A stretch of 64,000 nt of DNA from Bacteriovoracia bacterium (GTDB lineage Bacteria > Bdellovibrionota > UBA1018 > CAIPTA01). The stretch spans positions 32,001 to 96,000 of the forward strand of contig JBFWVL010000002.1 in NCBI GenBank assembly GCA_050246755.1. The letters are read 5' to 3'. The notes beneath the pieces were generated by a model, which worked only from the letters and a program-made list of their open reading frames with translations, did no database searches and was not told the origin of the DNA. Numbering within the stretch: position 1 is the stretch's first letter; every line of letters starts with the position of its first letter. Shown here piece by piece: positions 9,636-19,355 of the stretch. The position numbers and the translations under genes are program-made.

Positions 9636-10385
9636 TTAGATTTGGCCGAAGCCGCCGTCCACGAACAGCTCACTGCCGTTCACGAAGCTGCTTTCCTCGG
9701 AAGCCAGGAAGGCCACGGCTTTGGCCACTTCGTCGGGATCGCCCATTCGGCCTAAGGGAATTCCCTTCACCATTTGCTCCTTAAACTGCTGGGCCTGCGC
9801 TTCGCTTCCGGCAATTTTAGCGATGGCCGGCGTGGCGATGGGGCCGGGGCTTACGGCATTCACCCGAATTTTCCTGGCTTTCAAATCCAGAATCCAAGAG
9901 CGGGCAAACGAACGCACGGCCGCCTTGGTGGCGCTATATACGCTGAAGGACTCCATGCCCATGCTGGCCGCGGTGGAGGCATTGAGGATGATCGAGCTTC
10001 CGTCGCGCAGGAGAGGCAGCGCTTTCTGCACGGTAAATACGAGGCCCTTCACGTTATTGTTGAAAGTGGTATCGAAGTGTTCTTCCGTAATTTCGCCGAG
10101 GGCCGCAAATTCTCCGCCGCCGGCGTTGGCGAAGATCACGTCGATCTTTCCTTTTTCTTTTTTCACCGCGGCGTAGAGCTTATCCAGGTCGGCTAGTTTA
10201 GCCACATCACCCTGAATCCCGGTGGCATTGGGCCCGAGCAAACTGAGGGCCGCATCTAGCTCCCCTTGGCGGCGGCCCGTGATGAATACATATGCGCCTT
10301 CGGCGATGAAGCGTTTTGCTGTGGCCAGCCCAATCCCGCTCGTGCCGCCGGTGATTACCGCAATTTTTCCTTCTAACTTTTTCAT
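9636..10385 (-). CDS. Short-chain dehydrogenase/reductase
   Basis: [16 protein letters not shown]. Confidence 0.95.
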   Translation of the reverse strand: MKKLEGKIAVITGGTSGIGLATAKRFIAEGAYVFITGRRQGELDAALSLLGPNATGIQGDVAKLADLDKLYAAVKKEKGKIDVIFANAGGGEFAALGEITEEHFDTTFNNNVKGLVFTVQKALPLLRDGSSIILNASTAASMGMESFSVYSATKAAVRSFARSWILDLKARKIRVNAVSPGPIATPAIAKIAGSEAQAQQFKEQMVKGIPLGRMGDPDEVAKAVAFLASEESSFVNGSELFVDGGFGQI

Positions 10386-10401
10386 GGTCTCTTCCTTTTT
10401 C

Positions 10402-10420
10402 TGTAATGATTAAAGTAACA
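10402..10420. promoter_or_regulatory. Putative Rrf2 operator 3
   Basis: TGTAATgattaaAGTAACA upstream of SDR 10385. Confidence 0.65.
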
Positions 10421-10443
10421 ATTCAGCGCAAAAAAATTCAGCT

Positions 10444-10665
10444 TCAGTTCCGCTTTTCACGGCCTCCTCTCAGGAACTGAAGCTGGGTGGATGGGTCCTG
10501 GCTTTCCGTTATGCCGGCGGCGTAGGAACTAGGAGAGCGTGCATTTTCCGCCTTTGCGTTCGTGGAGATCGCCGAGCAGGAGCTGAACAGGGTGAGCCCC
10601 AAGAACAGCGCCGAGATGAACGAGAGTTCCACGAAATCTTTTTGCCGGGCGATCGCGTTACGCAT
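10444..10665 (-). CDS. Small putative lipoprotein (73 aa)
   Basis: ATG overlaps the upstream SDR stop; hydrophobic stretch ending LFSSC; ARSPSS motif. Confidence 0.45.
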   Translation of the reverse strand: MRNAIARQKDFVELSFISALFLGLTLFSSCSAISTNAKAENARSPSSYAAGITESQDPSTQLQFLRGGREKRN

Positions 10666-11425
10666 TGAAGCCTCCGTCGATATCGAGAGTGGTACCGGTG
10701 ATATAAGAGGCGGCAGGGCTAGCGAGGAAGACCACGCCGGCGGCGATTTCTTCGGGGCGGCCATAACGTCCAAGCGGGATGCCGGCCTTCATCGTCTCCG
10801 CCATCGCTCCGTCTTCGGGGTTCATGTCGGTAGCGATCGGCCCGGGCTGCACGGCGTTCACCGTGATTTTTCTCGGGGCGAGGTCACGTGCGGCGCCCTT
10901 GGTATAACCGGCCACGGCGAATTTCGTCATGGCGTATTCGGTCATGCCGGGGAAAGCGGTGCGCACTCCCAACACTGAACCGATATTGATGATGCGGCCG
11001 CCATCGGAAAGCAGGGGGGCCGCTGCGCGGGTGGCCGCGATCACTCCACCTACGTTCACCGCCAGCTGGCGATCAAGGGCCGCAAAATCATTCTCGGCCC
11101 CCACCATTGCCGAAGTAGCCACGCCGGCATTGTTCACCAAGATATCGAGCTTGCCGAATTGCTTGTGCACGGCCTTTACGAGCTCGGTCACTTGCTTGGC
11201 GTCGGCTTGGTCGGCCTTGAAGGCGGCGGCGCGCACGTCTTTGCTTTCAAGCTCCTTCACGAGGGCGTTCGCTTTATCGGCGGAGGCCACGTAGCTGATC
11301 GCCACGGAGGCCCCTTGCTCGGCAAGGGCGATGGCGATCGCTCGGCCGATGCCGCGGGATCCGCCGGTTACGAGAGCTACTTTACCTTTGAGTGTATTTG
11401 CGTTGTTCATTTTCTGATTCCCCAT
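10658..11425 (-). CDS. Short-chain dehydrogenase/reductase (BdcA/FabG-like)
   Basis: TGGSRGIG, NNAG, YAMTK. Confidence 0.95.
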   Translation of the reverse strand: MGNQKMNNANTLKGKVALVTGGSRGIGRAIAIALAEQGASVAISYVASADKANALVKELESKDVRAAAFKADQADAKQVTELVKAVHKQFGKLDILVNNAGVATSAMVGAENDFAALDRQLAVNVGGVIAATRAAAPLLSDGGRIINIGSVLGVRTAFPGMTEYAMTKFAVAGYTKGAARDLAPRKITVNAVQPGPIATDMNPEDGAMAETMKAGIPLGRYGRPEEIAAGVVFLASPAASYITGTTLDIDGGFNA

Positions 11426-11449
11426 CTTTTAGTTAGTTATTGTTTATTC

Positions 11450-11468
11450 TGTTATTTTATAAGTAACA
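11450..11468. promoter_or_regulatory. Putative Rrf2 operator 2
   Basis: TGTTATtttataAGTAACA upstream of SDR 11425. Confidence 0.7.
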
Positions 11469-11490
11469 CTTAATGTCAAAAAAAATGCGC

Positions 11491-11919
11491 CTAGCCCGTG
11501 TCCATTTTCAGATCCGCGATCACCTCCGCTAAACTAAGTTTCTTTAAGCTTTCTTCCATGCCTTTTTGGGCCTTATTCAGCACGCCCTCGAGGGCCGGTT
11601 TGATATTGCAGCTCACTTTGCAGGCTTTCTCCGCTTCGTAGTTATGGATCGCGAAGGCCTGGGGAGCTTCCACGGCTTTGTAGATATCGTAGAGTGAGAT
11701 GTCGGCGGGCTTGCGGGCTAGGCAGCAGGAGCCGCCTTTGCCGGTGGTGGTATGCACGAGGCCGGCTTTCGAAAGTTTCGCGATCACGCGGCGAACGAAG
11801 CTCGGGTTCGCGTTCACGCTGGAGGCGAGAGTGCCCGAGCAAACGTCGGCTTCCTTGCGGTAGCCCAATCCAGCCATCAGGTGGATCGCGATCGAGAATT
11901 GTGTGTTAGCGGCGGCCAT
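11491..11919 (-). CDS. Rrf2-family regulator (HypR/YwnA-like)
   Basis: FSIAIH, LASSVNANPSFVRR, GKGG, ISLYDIYKAVE, CxVxxNI. Confidence 0.92.
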   Translation of the reverse strand: MAAANTQFSIAIHLMAGLGYRKEADVCSGTLASSVNANPSFVRRVIAKLSKAGLVHTTTGKGGSCCLARKPADISLYDIYKAVEAPQAFAIHNYEAEKACKVSCNIKPALEGVLNKAQKGMEESLKKLSLAEVIADLKMDTG

Positions 11920-11921
11920 AT

Positions 11922-11940
11922 TGTTATTCTAATAGTAACA
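11922..11940. promoter_or_regulatory. Putative Rrf2 operator 1, overlapping the gene's own -10 (TAGAAT)
   Basis: TGTTATtctaatAGTAACA directly upstream of the Rrf2 ATG. Confidence 0.7.
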
Positions 11941-12251
11941 GATCGGAAGGGCAAGGGGATTTATTGAGGGGGAAGGGGGTTCGCTATAAATTATTGATTT
12001 TATTAATGAAATTTTAGATCTAAATAGGGCGGAGCATCTGGGGGAGTGCGGCTTATGAAAAAAAACAGGGCTTTAGTGAAGGATAGAATTCAGAGCATTT
12101 CTGATCGAGCTTTATATCGGAAGTTTCTGATCTTGGAACGGTATTCGCAACCGATGCTGGCGACTGCTTAAATCGAATAGGTGACCCTAGATAGAGACTT
12201 CATTATCCGAATTGTTGGCATCTGTCGAAATATTAGACAAGGAATACCGCG

Positions 12252-13289
12252 GTGTTAGAAATCTACAAATCTTCTATCCTCCTCTCGCTTACTCTTTTCA
12301 CTTTGACCGCTGGTGCGGCGCCCGTTGGCACCCGCGTTGAAGATTCTGATCGCGATCAACTGGTCGTTTTACAAAGTGCTCTGGAGAAAACATTCAAAAG
12401 TAAGTGCCAAGCAATCTCAAAAGACGGCAACAGATTCGTATTGGATACTTCGAGTTGCATCCCCGGCCGGGTGCGAGACATCTTGGGTAAACGCGCGCTC
12501 ATCGGTGGCCCCAACTGCTATAATTTCGCACTGTATTCCATCGGCATACTCGATTCACTTCGGGCTGTGAATAGCAATGAAGTCGACGAGCAGTTTTTTA
12601 CCCCGAGAAGCTCCACCTGCTCTGAAATGAAAACCGCACCTCAGCCCGGACAAATTGTTTCGCTTGAAGAGAAACGTGAAAATGCGAGCAGAAAGATTCA
12701 CGCTTACGTGCATCTAACGGACAAGTACGCTTTAACTAAAAACGGTCCAGACACGGATTCATTTTGGCAAATCAGCACACTCGACCGAATTAACGCCGCA
12801 TATCCCATTCCTAATTCGGAACGATTGGCAATTTCGTACAAGTGCACCCCACAAACCATCCCCCAGTTGCCAGGATCGAGGGAAATCCGCGATTTCTCCA
12901 AGCTTGTTACTGATGCTCAGATCGCATCTAAAATCCCGGCGAACCTAACAAGAGATATGGAAGCTAACATCGCCAATCTCGACGCTATCCTCAACGCCAA
13001 AAATATTAAAGCACTCGACTCTGGTGACCCGACCAAGCTCTATGAGCTGGTCGCCCAACTCTACCCGGTAAAAGTTTATTATTACGGCTTACAGAAAGTG
13101 TCGCAAGAATCTGCAGATTCGTTCCGTCCATCAGCCGAGACGTTTCTTAAAATACTAAGTCGCGTCCTCGATACTTCTCGGAAGGAATACGGTCTACTAG
13201 ATGTCACAAATGCTGACGATCAACTGGAATATGAGTTCTGCAAGAATCACCAAGCAAGCATTTGTTCATTAGATAGTGGCGGACACTAA
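12252..13289 (+). CDS. Secreted hypothetical protein, possible papain/NlpC-P60-like Cys-His enzyme
   Basis: Signal peptide; GPNCYNFAL, IHAYV, TKNG; more AT-rich than its flanks. Confidence 0.55.
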   Translation: MLEIYKSSILLSLTLFTLTAGAAPVGTRVEDSDRDQLVVLQSALEKTFKSKCQAISKDGNRFVLDTSSCIPGRVRDILGKRALIGGPNCYNFALYSIGILDSLRAVNSNEVDEQFFTPRSSTCSEMKTAPQPGQIVSLEEKRENASRKIHAYVHLTDKYALTKNGPDTDSFWQISTLDRINAAYPIPNSERLAISYKCTPQTIPQLPGSREIRDFSKLVTDAQIASKIPANLTRDMEANIANLDAILNAKNIKALDSGDPTKLYELVAQLYPVKVYYYGLQKVSQESADSFRPSAETFLKILSRVLDTSRKEYGLLDVTNADDQLEYEFCKNHQASICSLDSGGH

Positions 13290-13373
13290 TCTGAACGTCA
13301 GTCTAAATCTCTAACTTTTAGAACGCCTTTCGAGCAGAAAGACTTAGGCATTTAGTTTGTGATAAAAGAACCC

Positions 13374-13721
13374 ATGCCTGAACCAACCGATTTCTCCAAA
13401 AAAGTAATCGCCACGATCAAGAAAATTCCAGAGGGAAAAGTAGCCACCTACGGACAGATCGCGGCCCTCGCCGGCAAGCCCCATGGCTCGCGGGGAGTAG
13501 CGTGGTTGTTGAATTCCAGCACGCGCGCTCACGGCCTACCTTGGCAGCGCGTGATCAATAGCAAAGGGAAGATCTCGTTCCCCGTAGATTCCGATTCTTT
13601 CCTGCGCCAGAAAGCGATGCTGGAGCGAGAAGGCGTGGAGTTTCTTACGCACGAGAGCGTGGATATGAAATCCCACCAGTGGAAGAAGTTCGCGAAGATC
13701 CCGAAGTTTCTTAGGGGCTAA
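13374..13721 (+). CDS. Alkyltransferase-like (ATL/YbaZ) MGMT-family protein
   Basis: IPEGKVATYGQIA..LPWQRVIN, with Trp in place of the catalytic Cys. Confidence 0.9.
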   Translation: MPEPTDFSKKVIATIKKIPEGKVATYGQIAALAGKPHGSRGVAWLLNSSTRAHGLPWQRVINSKGKISFPVDSDSFLRQKAMLEREGVEFLTHESVDMKSHQWKKFAKIPKFLRG

Positions 13722-13769
13722 TACCTGCTGGCGCGTACGCGGTTTCGCTTCCCCGTCCGATAAGAAGGA

Positions 13770-15743
13770 GTGAGATACCCATTCCTCATTTCCGCTCTTT
13801 CTTTGGTGCTGGCTCTGGCTTCTCGTCCAAGCCTTGCCCAGGAACCGCCTCTGGCAGAAAAGGTCCGCGACATCCAGCGCTTCGTGGATACCCAGTCCGA
13901 AGTGGGAGGACTAAAAAATCTAGAGATAGAAATAGGAAAGGGAGCGAAGGTTGTTTTCCGGCAGGAAAGCGCTCGTTCGGGAGTGATCCAAATCTTGAGA
14001 GGCAGCGAAGTAGTGCATACTCTGGATTTGCCCCAGTCCTTTCCCCTTCACGCGAATCAGTTCGCCATCGACCGGGTTCGATCCAGGGTGGGTTTTCTCA
14101 CGCAGTCGAATACCACGACACTGCAGATTCAGCCCATTGATGGAGCTTTACTCAAATGCCCCTCCCTGCAATTTTCTCCCTATGCCCGGATGGTCGAAAT
14201 GGCGGGAGAGTTTTTCGTTCTCGTTCCCGGAGATAAAAAATTAGAGCTCTATCGATATAGAGCAGCAGAGGGGAAGTGTGCAGTTGATTCGCTAGAAAGC
14301 GTTTCCATTTCGGCGGTGGAATCATTTCGGGTTGCCAGTGTAGGCAAGGAGCTTCACCTGTTTTTAGAGCAAGGGAATAAGAAAGACGGTTTGTATTTAG
14401 AATGGCTAATTTTAGATAAATCCGGAGCGCCAAAGGAAAAGCATATTTTTCCGGATTTCACTCCTGATTTCTCAACCGATCATTATTATACCGGCCCCTC
14501 CGTGAGTGAACAGGGCGTTCTGATTTCGCTCCTGAATAAAAATGGAGATACGAGAAGGCGCGGTATTTATTGGCTACAAAAAAACGGGTCCATTAAAGTG
14601 ATGGATGAAGCGGGACTGGCCGCTTGGTGGCTTCGGCACGGAGAAGTCTTGCTCCAGCGGGGTAAGCACGCCCGTGGCTCGGAACTCGTGGTGATAGACG
14701 CAAAAAACTTTCAAGAAAAAAGGAAGCTTACGACGGATGCCGGATACCAGCAGGCCGTTTACTTCGATGGGAACGCCGTTTCCTTCTTGGAGTATAAAGT
14801 GGGCGAACCGGTGGCGAGGGTTTCTGTAGAAGTTACCAGCCGAAAAAAGATAACCAGCAGCTCTCTGCTGGCTGCGCCTTCGCTCGGCCGGTTGCCGGTG
14901 GTAAAAGAAATTGAGTATATCCAGGCAGAGGGCTCAATTCCCGGGATGCTTTTGCTTCCGCCAAGCCTGAGAAGTTGCAATAGCACTAAAAAGGTTCCGG
15001 CCATCGTATATGTTCATGGAGGTGCCTTTGAAGCTCTCCCTGACGGACAATACAATACAGACACTGAAGCGCTGGCATTAAGCCAAATGGGCTTCGTGGT
15101 TTTGCAGGCGAATTATTTTGGAAACTTATTTTTTGGCAAAGAGTATCCGAGCCTCAGCCAGCGAACGATGGTGGAAGAGCGCGCTCGCCCGCAGTTGAGC
15201 GGCCTGGCGGCCGCGGGGAAATATGCTCAATCTCTTCCCTGCGTAGATAAGGGAAAAGTCATTTATTTTGGCCATTCCTACGGGGCGATCTTAGGGGGAC
15301 TATTCTTTACTGATGCTGCGCAAAAGAAATATTCTCCGTATAGGGCGGCGATTCTCAAGAGCGGACGCTATACCGAAGAGAATAACGGCGTTCTCCTTTT
15401 TCCTTCGAAACCTCCGGCGGCTCTTGCCGCCACCCGAGAATTAAAGAAGCGATGCTTTGGCTTTGGTGCCGACGAAAATCCCGATAGGCAATTCTGCGCA
15501 AAATTTTTAGAGGATCTAGTCGCCATTAGGCGTGCCGCAAACGCTCATACCCAAACGCCGATTTTCCTCATAACCGCCACGGACGACGGCGCGGCCGATA
15601 CTCAGCGCTTCGAGACCAAGCTGAGGGAGGTCCATCCCAGCGTGTATTCCTGGTACCCGGAAAACGCCCATCACTCGTTCCATGGGGTGCATGAAGTTGA
15701 GCTGGTAGAGAGAGTAAAAGAATTCGTCGATGGTCTGAACTAA
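13770..15743 (+). CDS. Secreted S9/prolyl-oligopeptidase-like hydrolase
   Basis: Signal peptide, beta-rich N-terminal part, VYVHGG, GHSYG nucleophile motif, C-terminal Asp/His. Confidence 0.8.
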   Translation: MRYPFLISALSLVLALASRPSLAQEPPLAEKVRDIQRFVDTQSEVGGLKNLEIEIGKGAKVVFRQESARSGVIQILRGSEVVHTLDLPQSFPLHANQFAIDRVRSRVGFLTQSNTTTLQIQPIDGALLKCPSLQFSPYARMVEMAGEFFVLVPGDKKLELYRYRAAEGKCAVDSLESVSISAVESFRVASVGKELHLFLEQGNKKDGLYLEWLILDKSGAPKEKHIFPDFTPDFSTDHYYTGPSVSEQGVLISLLNKNGDTRRRGIYWLQKNGSIKVMDEAGLAAWWLRHGEVLLQRGKHARGSELVVIDAKNFQEKRKLTTDAGYQQAVYFDGNAVSFLEYKVGEPVARVSVEVTSRKKITSSSLLAAPSLGRLPVVKEIEYIQAEGSIPGMLLLPPSLRSCNSTKKVPAIVYVHGGAFEALPDGQYNTDTEALALSQMGFVVLQANYFGNLFFGKEYPSLSQRTMVEERARPQLSGLAAAGKYAQSLPCVDKGKVIYFGHSYGAILGGLFFTDAAQKKYSPYRAAILKSGRYTEENNGVLLFPSKPPAALAATRELKKRCFGFGADENPDRQFCAKFLEDLVAIRRAANAHTQTPIFLITATDDGAADTQRFETKLREVHPSVYSWYPENAHHSFHGVHEVELVERVKEFVDGLN

Positions 15744-16630
15744 GAGCTGATCGGCAAACCGCCCGTTTCGGCGATGATCGCGCCGGTCACGTAGCTCGAA
15801 TCCGCATCCGAAGCCAAGAATACGTAAACGGGCGCCAGCTCTTCGGGCTGAGCCGGGCGCTTGATCGGCTGGTCGCTGCCAAATTTTCTTACCTTGCCCA
15901 CGGAGGTTCCTCCGTCGGAAACATTGAGCGGAGTCCAAACGGGGCCGGGGGCCACGGCGTTCACGCGGATCCCTTTTTCCACCAGCATTTGCGCCAGCGA
16001 TTTCGTAAAAGTATTGATCGCGCCCTTGGTGGAGGAATAATCCAAAAGTTCTTTCGGCGCCATCGAGGCGGTTTCCGAGCTCGTGGCGATGATCGAAGAG
16101 CCGGGTTTCATGTACTTCACCGCCGCCTGTGCGAGCAGGAAGTAGGCGTATACGTTTGTCTTGAAGGTACGGTCGAATTCGGCGAGCGTGATTTCTTCGA
16201 TGCTGTCTTTGCGCATCTGGTGGGCGGCATTGCTCACGAGGATATCGAGAGCGCCGAATTTTTTTACGGTTTTCTCGATCACACTTTTGCAAAACGCCGG
16301 TTTCGTGAGGTCGCCGCCGAGGAGGAGGCACTCACGGCCAAGGCTCTCGATATATTTCTTCGTTTCTTCCGCATCACTGCGCTCTTCGGGCAGGAAAGTG
16401 ATGGCCACATCGGCGCCTTCGCGCGCGTAGATCACGGCCACGGCCCGGCCGATTCCGCTATCCCCGCCGGTTACGATCGCTACTTTGCCCGCCAGCTTTC
16501 CGGCCGGCTTATACAGCGGCGCTTCGAAAAGCGGGCGGGGCTTAATTTTGGATTCCAAACCGGGAGATTTTTGTTTCAAGGCCTTGCGAAAGGGGGGCTT
16601 TGGTTCGTGCTGGATTTGGGGGCTCGCCAT
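15740..16630 (-). CDS. SDR of the general-stress YhdF/YdaD/YghA type
   Basis: Pro-rich N-terminal extension, TGGDSGIG, LLDYSSTKGAI, APGPVWTPL. Confidence 0.9.
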   Translation of the reverse strand: MASPQIQHEPKPPFRKALKQKSPGLESKIKPRPLFEAPLYKPAGKLAGKVAIVTGGDSGIGRAVAVIYAREGADVAITFLPEERSDAEETKKYIESLGRECLLLGGDLTKPAFCKSVIEKTVKKFGALDILVSNAAHQMRKDSIEEITLAEFDRTFKTNVYAYFLLAQAAVKYMKPGSSIIATSSETASMAPKELLDYSSTKGAINTFTKSLAQMLVEKGIRVNAVAPGPVWTPLNVSDGGTSVGKVRKFGSDQPIKRPAQPEELAPVYVFLASDADSSYVTGAIIAETGGLPISS

Positions 16631-16661
16631 GATTGCTCCTCAGAAATAGTTCTGAGAGCTC

Positions 16662-16677
16662 TGCAATGCGTATACCA
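16662..16677 (-). promoter_or_regulatory. sigma54-type -24/-12 promoter
   Basis: TGGTATA-CGCA-TTGCA (GG-N10-GC) upstream of SDR 16630. Confidence 0.65.
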
Positions 16678-16754
16678 GCGCGATTGGGGAATTTTTCCCT
16701 GCGCGCTTAGCAATACTTGAACTTAACGCAGCGCTTGGCCGGCGGCGGCGGTGC

Positions 16755-19211
16755 TCAGCATTTAATCTTTTTATTCTCGGGATCGAAAAGGGGCTTTAGT
16801 GAAACGGCCGCCGGGTAGATCTTTCCGTTCACTTCCACTTCCCATTTGCCGGCGTCGAGCCAAGCCAAATTGATCGGCTCATTGCCGCCTTCGATCATGG
16901 CGAGGCCCACGGCCGCGCCGAGGGTATGGCCGTACGAAGCCGCGCGCACATAGCCCACGGGCTTGCCGTTGCGCCGTACCACTTCCGCATGGAACATCAT
17001 CGGCTCTGGATCCTTTAAGATCACTTGCACTAGGCGGCGGGTGAGGGGCGCGGCTTTTTGCTTGAGCGCTTCCTCTTTGCCGATGAAATGATCTTTCTTG
17101 AGGTCCACGGCGAAGCCGAGGCCGGTCTCGAAGGCATTATCAGTATTATCGATATCATGGCCGTAGTCGCGGTAGCCTTTTTCCATGCGCAGCGAGGCGA
17201 GGGCCTTGAGGCCCGCGTGTTTCAGGCCGAAATCGTCGCCGGCCGCTACGATGCGGTCGTAGACGTGCGTGGCTTGCTCGGCGGGAATATAAAGCTCGTA
17301 GCCGAGTTCCCCTAGGTAGGTGATGCGCACGCAGAGGACGCGAGCAAAACCAATATCGATTTCTTTGGCAGCGCGGAAAGGGAAGGCTTCGTTCGAGAGG
17401 TCGGTGGTGGTGAGCGACTGTAAGAGCTCGCGGGATTTTGGTCCCTGGATATTGAGCTGTCCATAGGCGGAGGTAACGTCGGTCACGAAGGCGAATTCGT
17501 CCGGTTGGATCTCGCGCTTCATCATCGTTTCGGCGTGGCGGAGCTGCGTATCGGTTACCACCACGAAGAATTTATCTTCTTCCAGTTTCGTTACGGTGAG
17601 ATCGGCTTCGAGCTTGCCGAATTTATTCAGCCATTGGGTATAGGTGATCATGCCGAGAGTGCCGTCTACGTTGTTCGCAGAAAGGCGGTTGAGTACCTTG
17701 CCGGCGTCGCGGCCCTGCACGAGGAATTTGCACATGAAGCTCATGTCCATGAGGATCACGCCTTCGCGTGCGGCTTTGTGTTCGGCTTCCCAATAAGGAA
17801 ACCAGTTATGCCGGCCCCAGCAGAGTTGCTCGACCACGGGCTCCACGCCTTCGGGGGCGTACCAATCGGCGCCTTCCCAGCCACTCACGTCTTTGAAGTA
17901 AGCGCCGGCGGCGGCGAGGCGATCGTGGAACGGAGATTTTTTGGCACCACGCGCGGTCTCGGGACTCTTCGTGGGGTAGTGGCATTTATACACCATGCCG
18001 AGGGATTCCACGGTGCGGGTTTTGCGGTACTCGGGATTGCGCTGGTAGGTTTGCAGGCGATCGATATTGAAACCGGTGATATCAGCCTGGGGATCGCCGG
18101 TCATGATCCAGTTCGCTACGAGGCGGCCCATTCCGCCACCGGTGAGAATCCCGATCGAGTTGAGGCCAGCCGCTACGAAATAATTTCTCAGCTCGGGCGC
18201 TTCGCCCACGATGGGGCGGAGATCCGGCGTAAAACTTTCGGGGCCGCAGAAGAACTTGCGCACGCCCACTTCCATGGATTTGGGCACGCGGCTCATGCCT
18301 TTTTCGAGGTAAGGGCCCATGCGGTCCCAGTCTGGCTGAATTTCGCCAAAAGAAAAGTCTTGGGGAATGCCTTCCACCATCCAGGGGGCGCAGATCGGTT
18401 CAAACATTCCCACCATCAGTCCGCCCACTTCCTGGCGGATATAGGCGTGAGAGGCGGGGTCTTCGAGCACCGGCATATTCTGGGGAAGATCTTTGATATC
18501 GTCGGTGATGAGGTAGTAGTGCTCGGCGGCTTGGTTCGGAATATTCACGCCGGCCATTTCGCCGAATTGGCGCGCCCACATACCCGCGCAGTTCACCACG
18601 TACTCAGCCTTGATATCGCCCTGGGCGGTGCGCACGCCGGTCACGTAGCCGTTCTTTTTCAGGATCCCGATGGCGGGAGTTTCTTCAAGGATGGTCACGC
18701 CCTGCATGCGCGCTCCCTTGGCCAGCGCCATGGTCACGTCGATGGGATTCACCACGCCGTCGTCTTTCACGTAGAAGCCGGCCAAGAGATCGTCCACCTT
18801 AGCGAGGGGAAAAAGTTCCTTCACTTGGCTGGGAGAAATTTCCTGCACGTCGATCCCGCAATAGCGGTTGAAGGCGGAAACGCGGCGGTATTCTTCGAGG
18901 CGGTCTTTATCGCTGGCTACTTCGATGAAGCCGATTTTTTTCAAGCCGGTAGCTTGCCCAGTTTCGGCTTCGAGGCGTTCGTAGAGATCGCGGGAATATT
19001 TGCGGAGCTCGGTGGAGGTTTCGGAAGTAGAACCGAACGTTACCATCAATCCGGCGGCGTGCCAGGTGGTGCCCGAGGTAAGGCGATCGCGTTCGAGGAG
19101 GACCACGTCTTTCCAGCCGGCGTGGGCTAGGTGGTAGGCGATAGAGCATCCGATGATGCCGCCGCCCACGATCACTACGCGTGCGTCTTGAGGTAATTTT
19201 TGATTCTGCAT
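16755..19211 (-). CDS. FAD-dependent oxidoreductase with GcvT domain (sarcosine/dimethylglycine dehydrogenase-like)
   Basis: GGGIIG, SGTTWHAAG, ESFTPD, GELGYELY, LRMEKGY. Confidence 0.93.
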   Translation of the reverse strand: MQNQKLPQDARVVIVGGGIIGCSIAYHLAHAGWKDVVLLERDRLTSGTTWHAAGLMVTFGSTSETSTELRKYSRDLYERLEAETGQATGLKKIGFIEVASDKDRLEEYRRVSAFNRYCGIDVQEISPSQVKELFPLAKVDDLLAGFYVKDDGVVNPIDVTMALAKGARMQGVTILEETPAIGILKKNGYVTGVRTAQGDIKAEYVVNCAGMWARQFGEMAGVNIPNQAAEHYYLITDDIKDLPQNMPVLEDPASHAYIRQEVGGLMVGMFEPICAPWMVEGIPQDFSFGEIQPDWDRMGPYLEKGMSRVPKSMEVGVRKFFCGPESFTPDLRPIVGEAPELRNYFVAAGLNSIGILTGGGMGRLVANWIMTGDPQADITGFNIDRLQTYQRNPEYRKTRTVESLGMVYKCHYPTKSPETARGAKKSPFHDRLAAAGAYFKDVSGWEGADWYAPEGVEPVVEQLCWGRHNWFPYWEAEHKAAREGVILMDMSFMCKFLVQGRDAGKVLNRLSANNVDGTLGMITYTQWLNKFGKLEADLTVTKLEEDKFFVVVTDTQLRHAETMMKREIQPDEFAFVTDVTSAYGQLNIQGPKSRELLQSLTTTDLSNEAFPFRAAKEIDIGFARVLCVRITYLGELGYELYIPAEQATHVYDRIVAAGDDFGLKHAGLKALASLRMEKGYRDYGHDIDNTDNAFETGLGFAVDLKKDHFIGKEEALKQKAAPLTRRLVQVILKDPEPMMFHAEVVRRNGKPVGYVRAASYGHTLGAAVGLAMIEGGNEPINLAWLDAGKWEVEVNGKIYPAAVSLKPLFDPENKKIKC

Positions 19212-19355
19212 TCTTCCCCCTAAATCGTCGATGGACTCGGCACTTTATCCGCCAAGGCGGGGCTCGTCAAATTCTTCGTCTCATAGAGGAATTCGCGGAA
19301 ATTCTTTCCGTTTTCATAGAGGAAATTGGGGTTATTTTGCAGCGCGGCGAAAGGC

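Noticed and set aside
16755-16760. Cys-TGA end as a selenocysteine readthrough
   Set aside because: The protein is already complete for its family and no convincing SECIS follows.
17505-19130. 541-aa + strand ORF
   Set aside because: Antisense shadow of the GcvT-type gene; no motifs; expected from codon bias.
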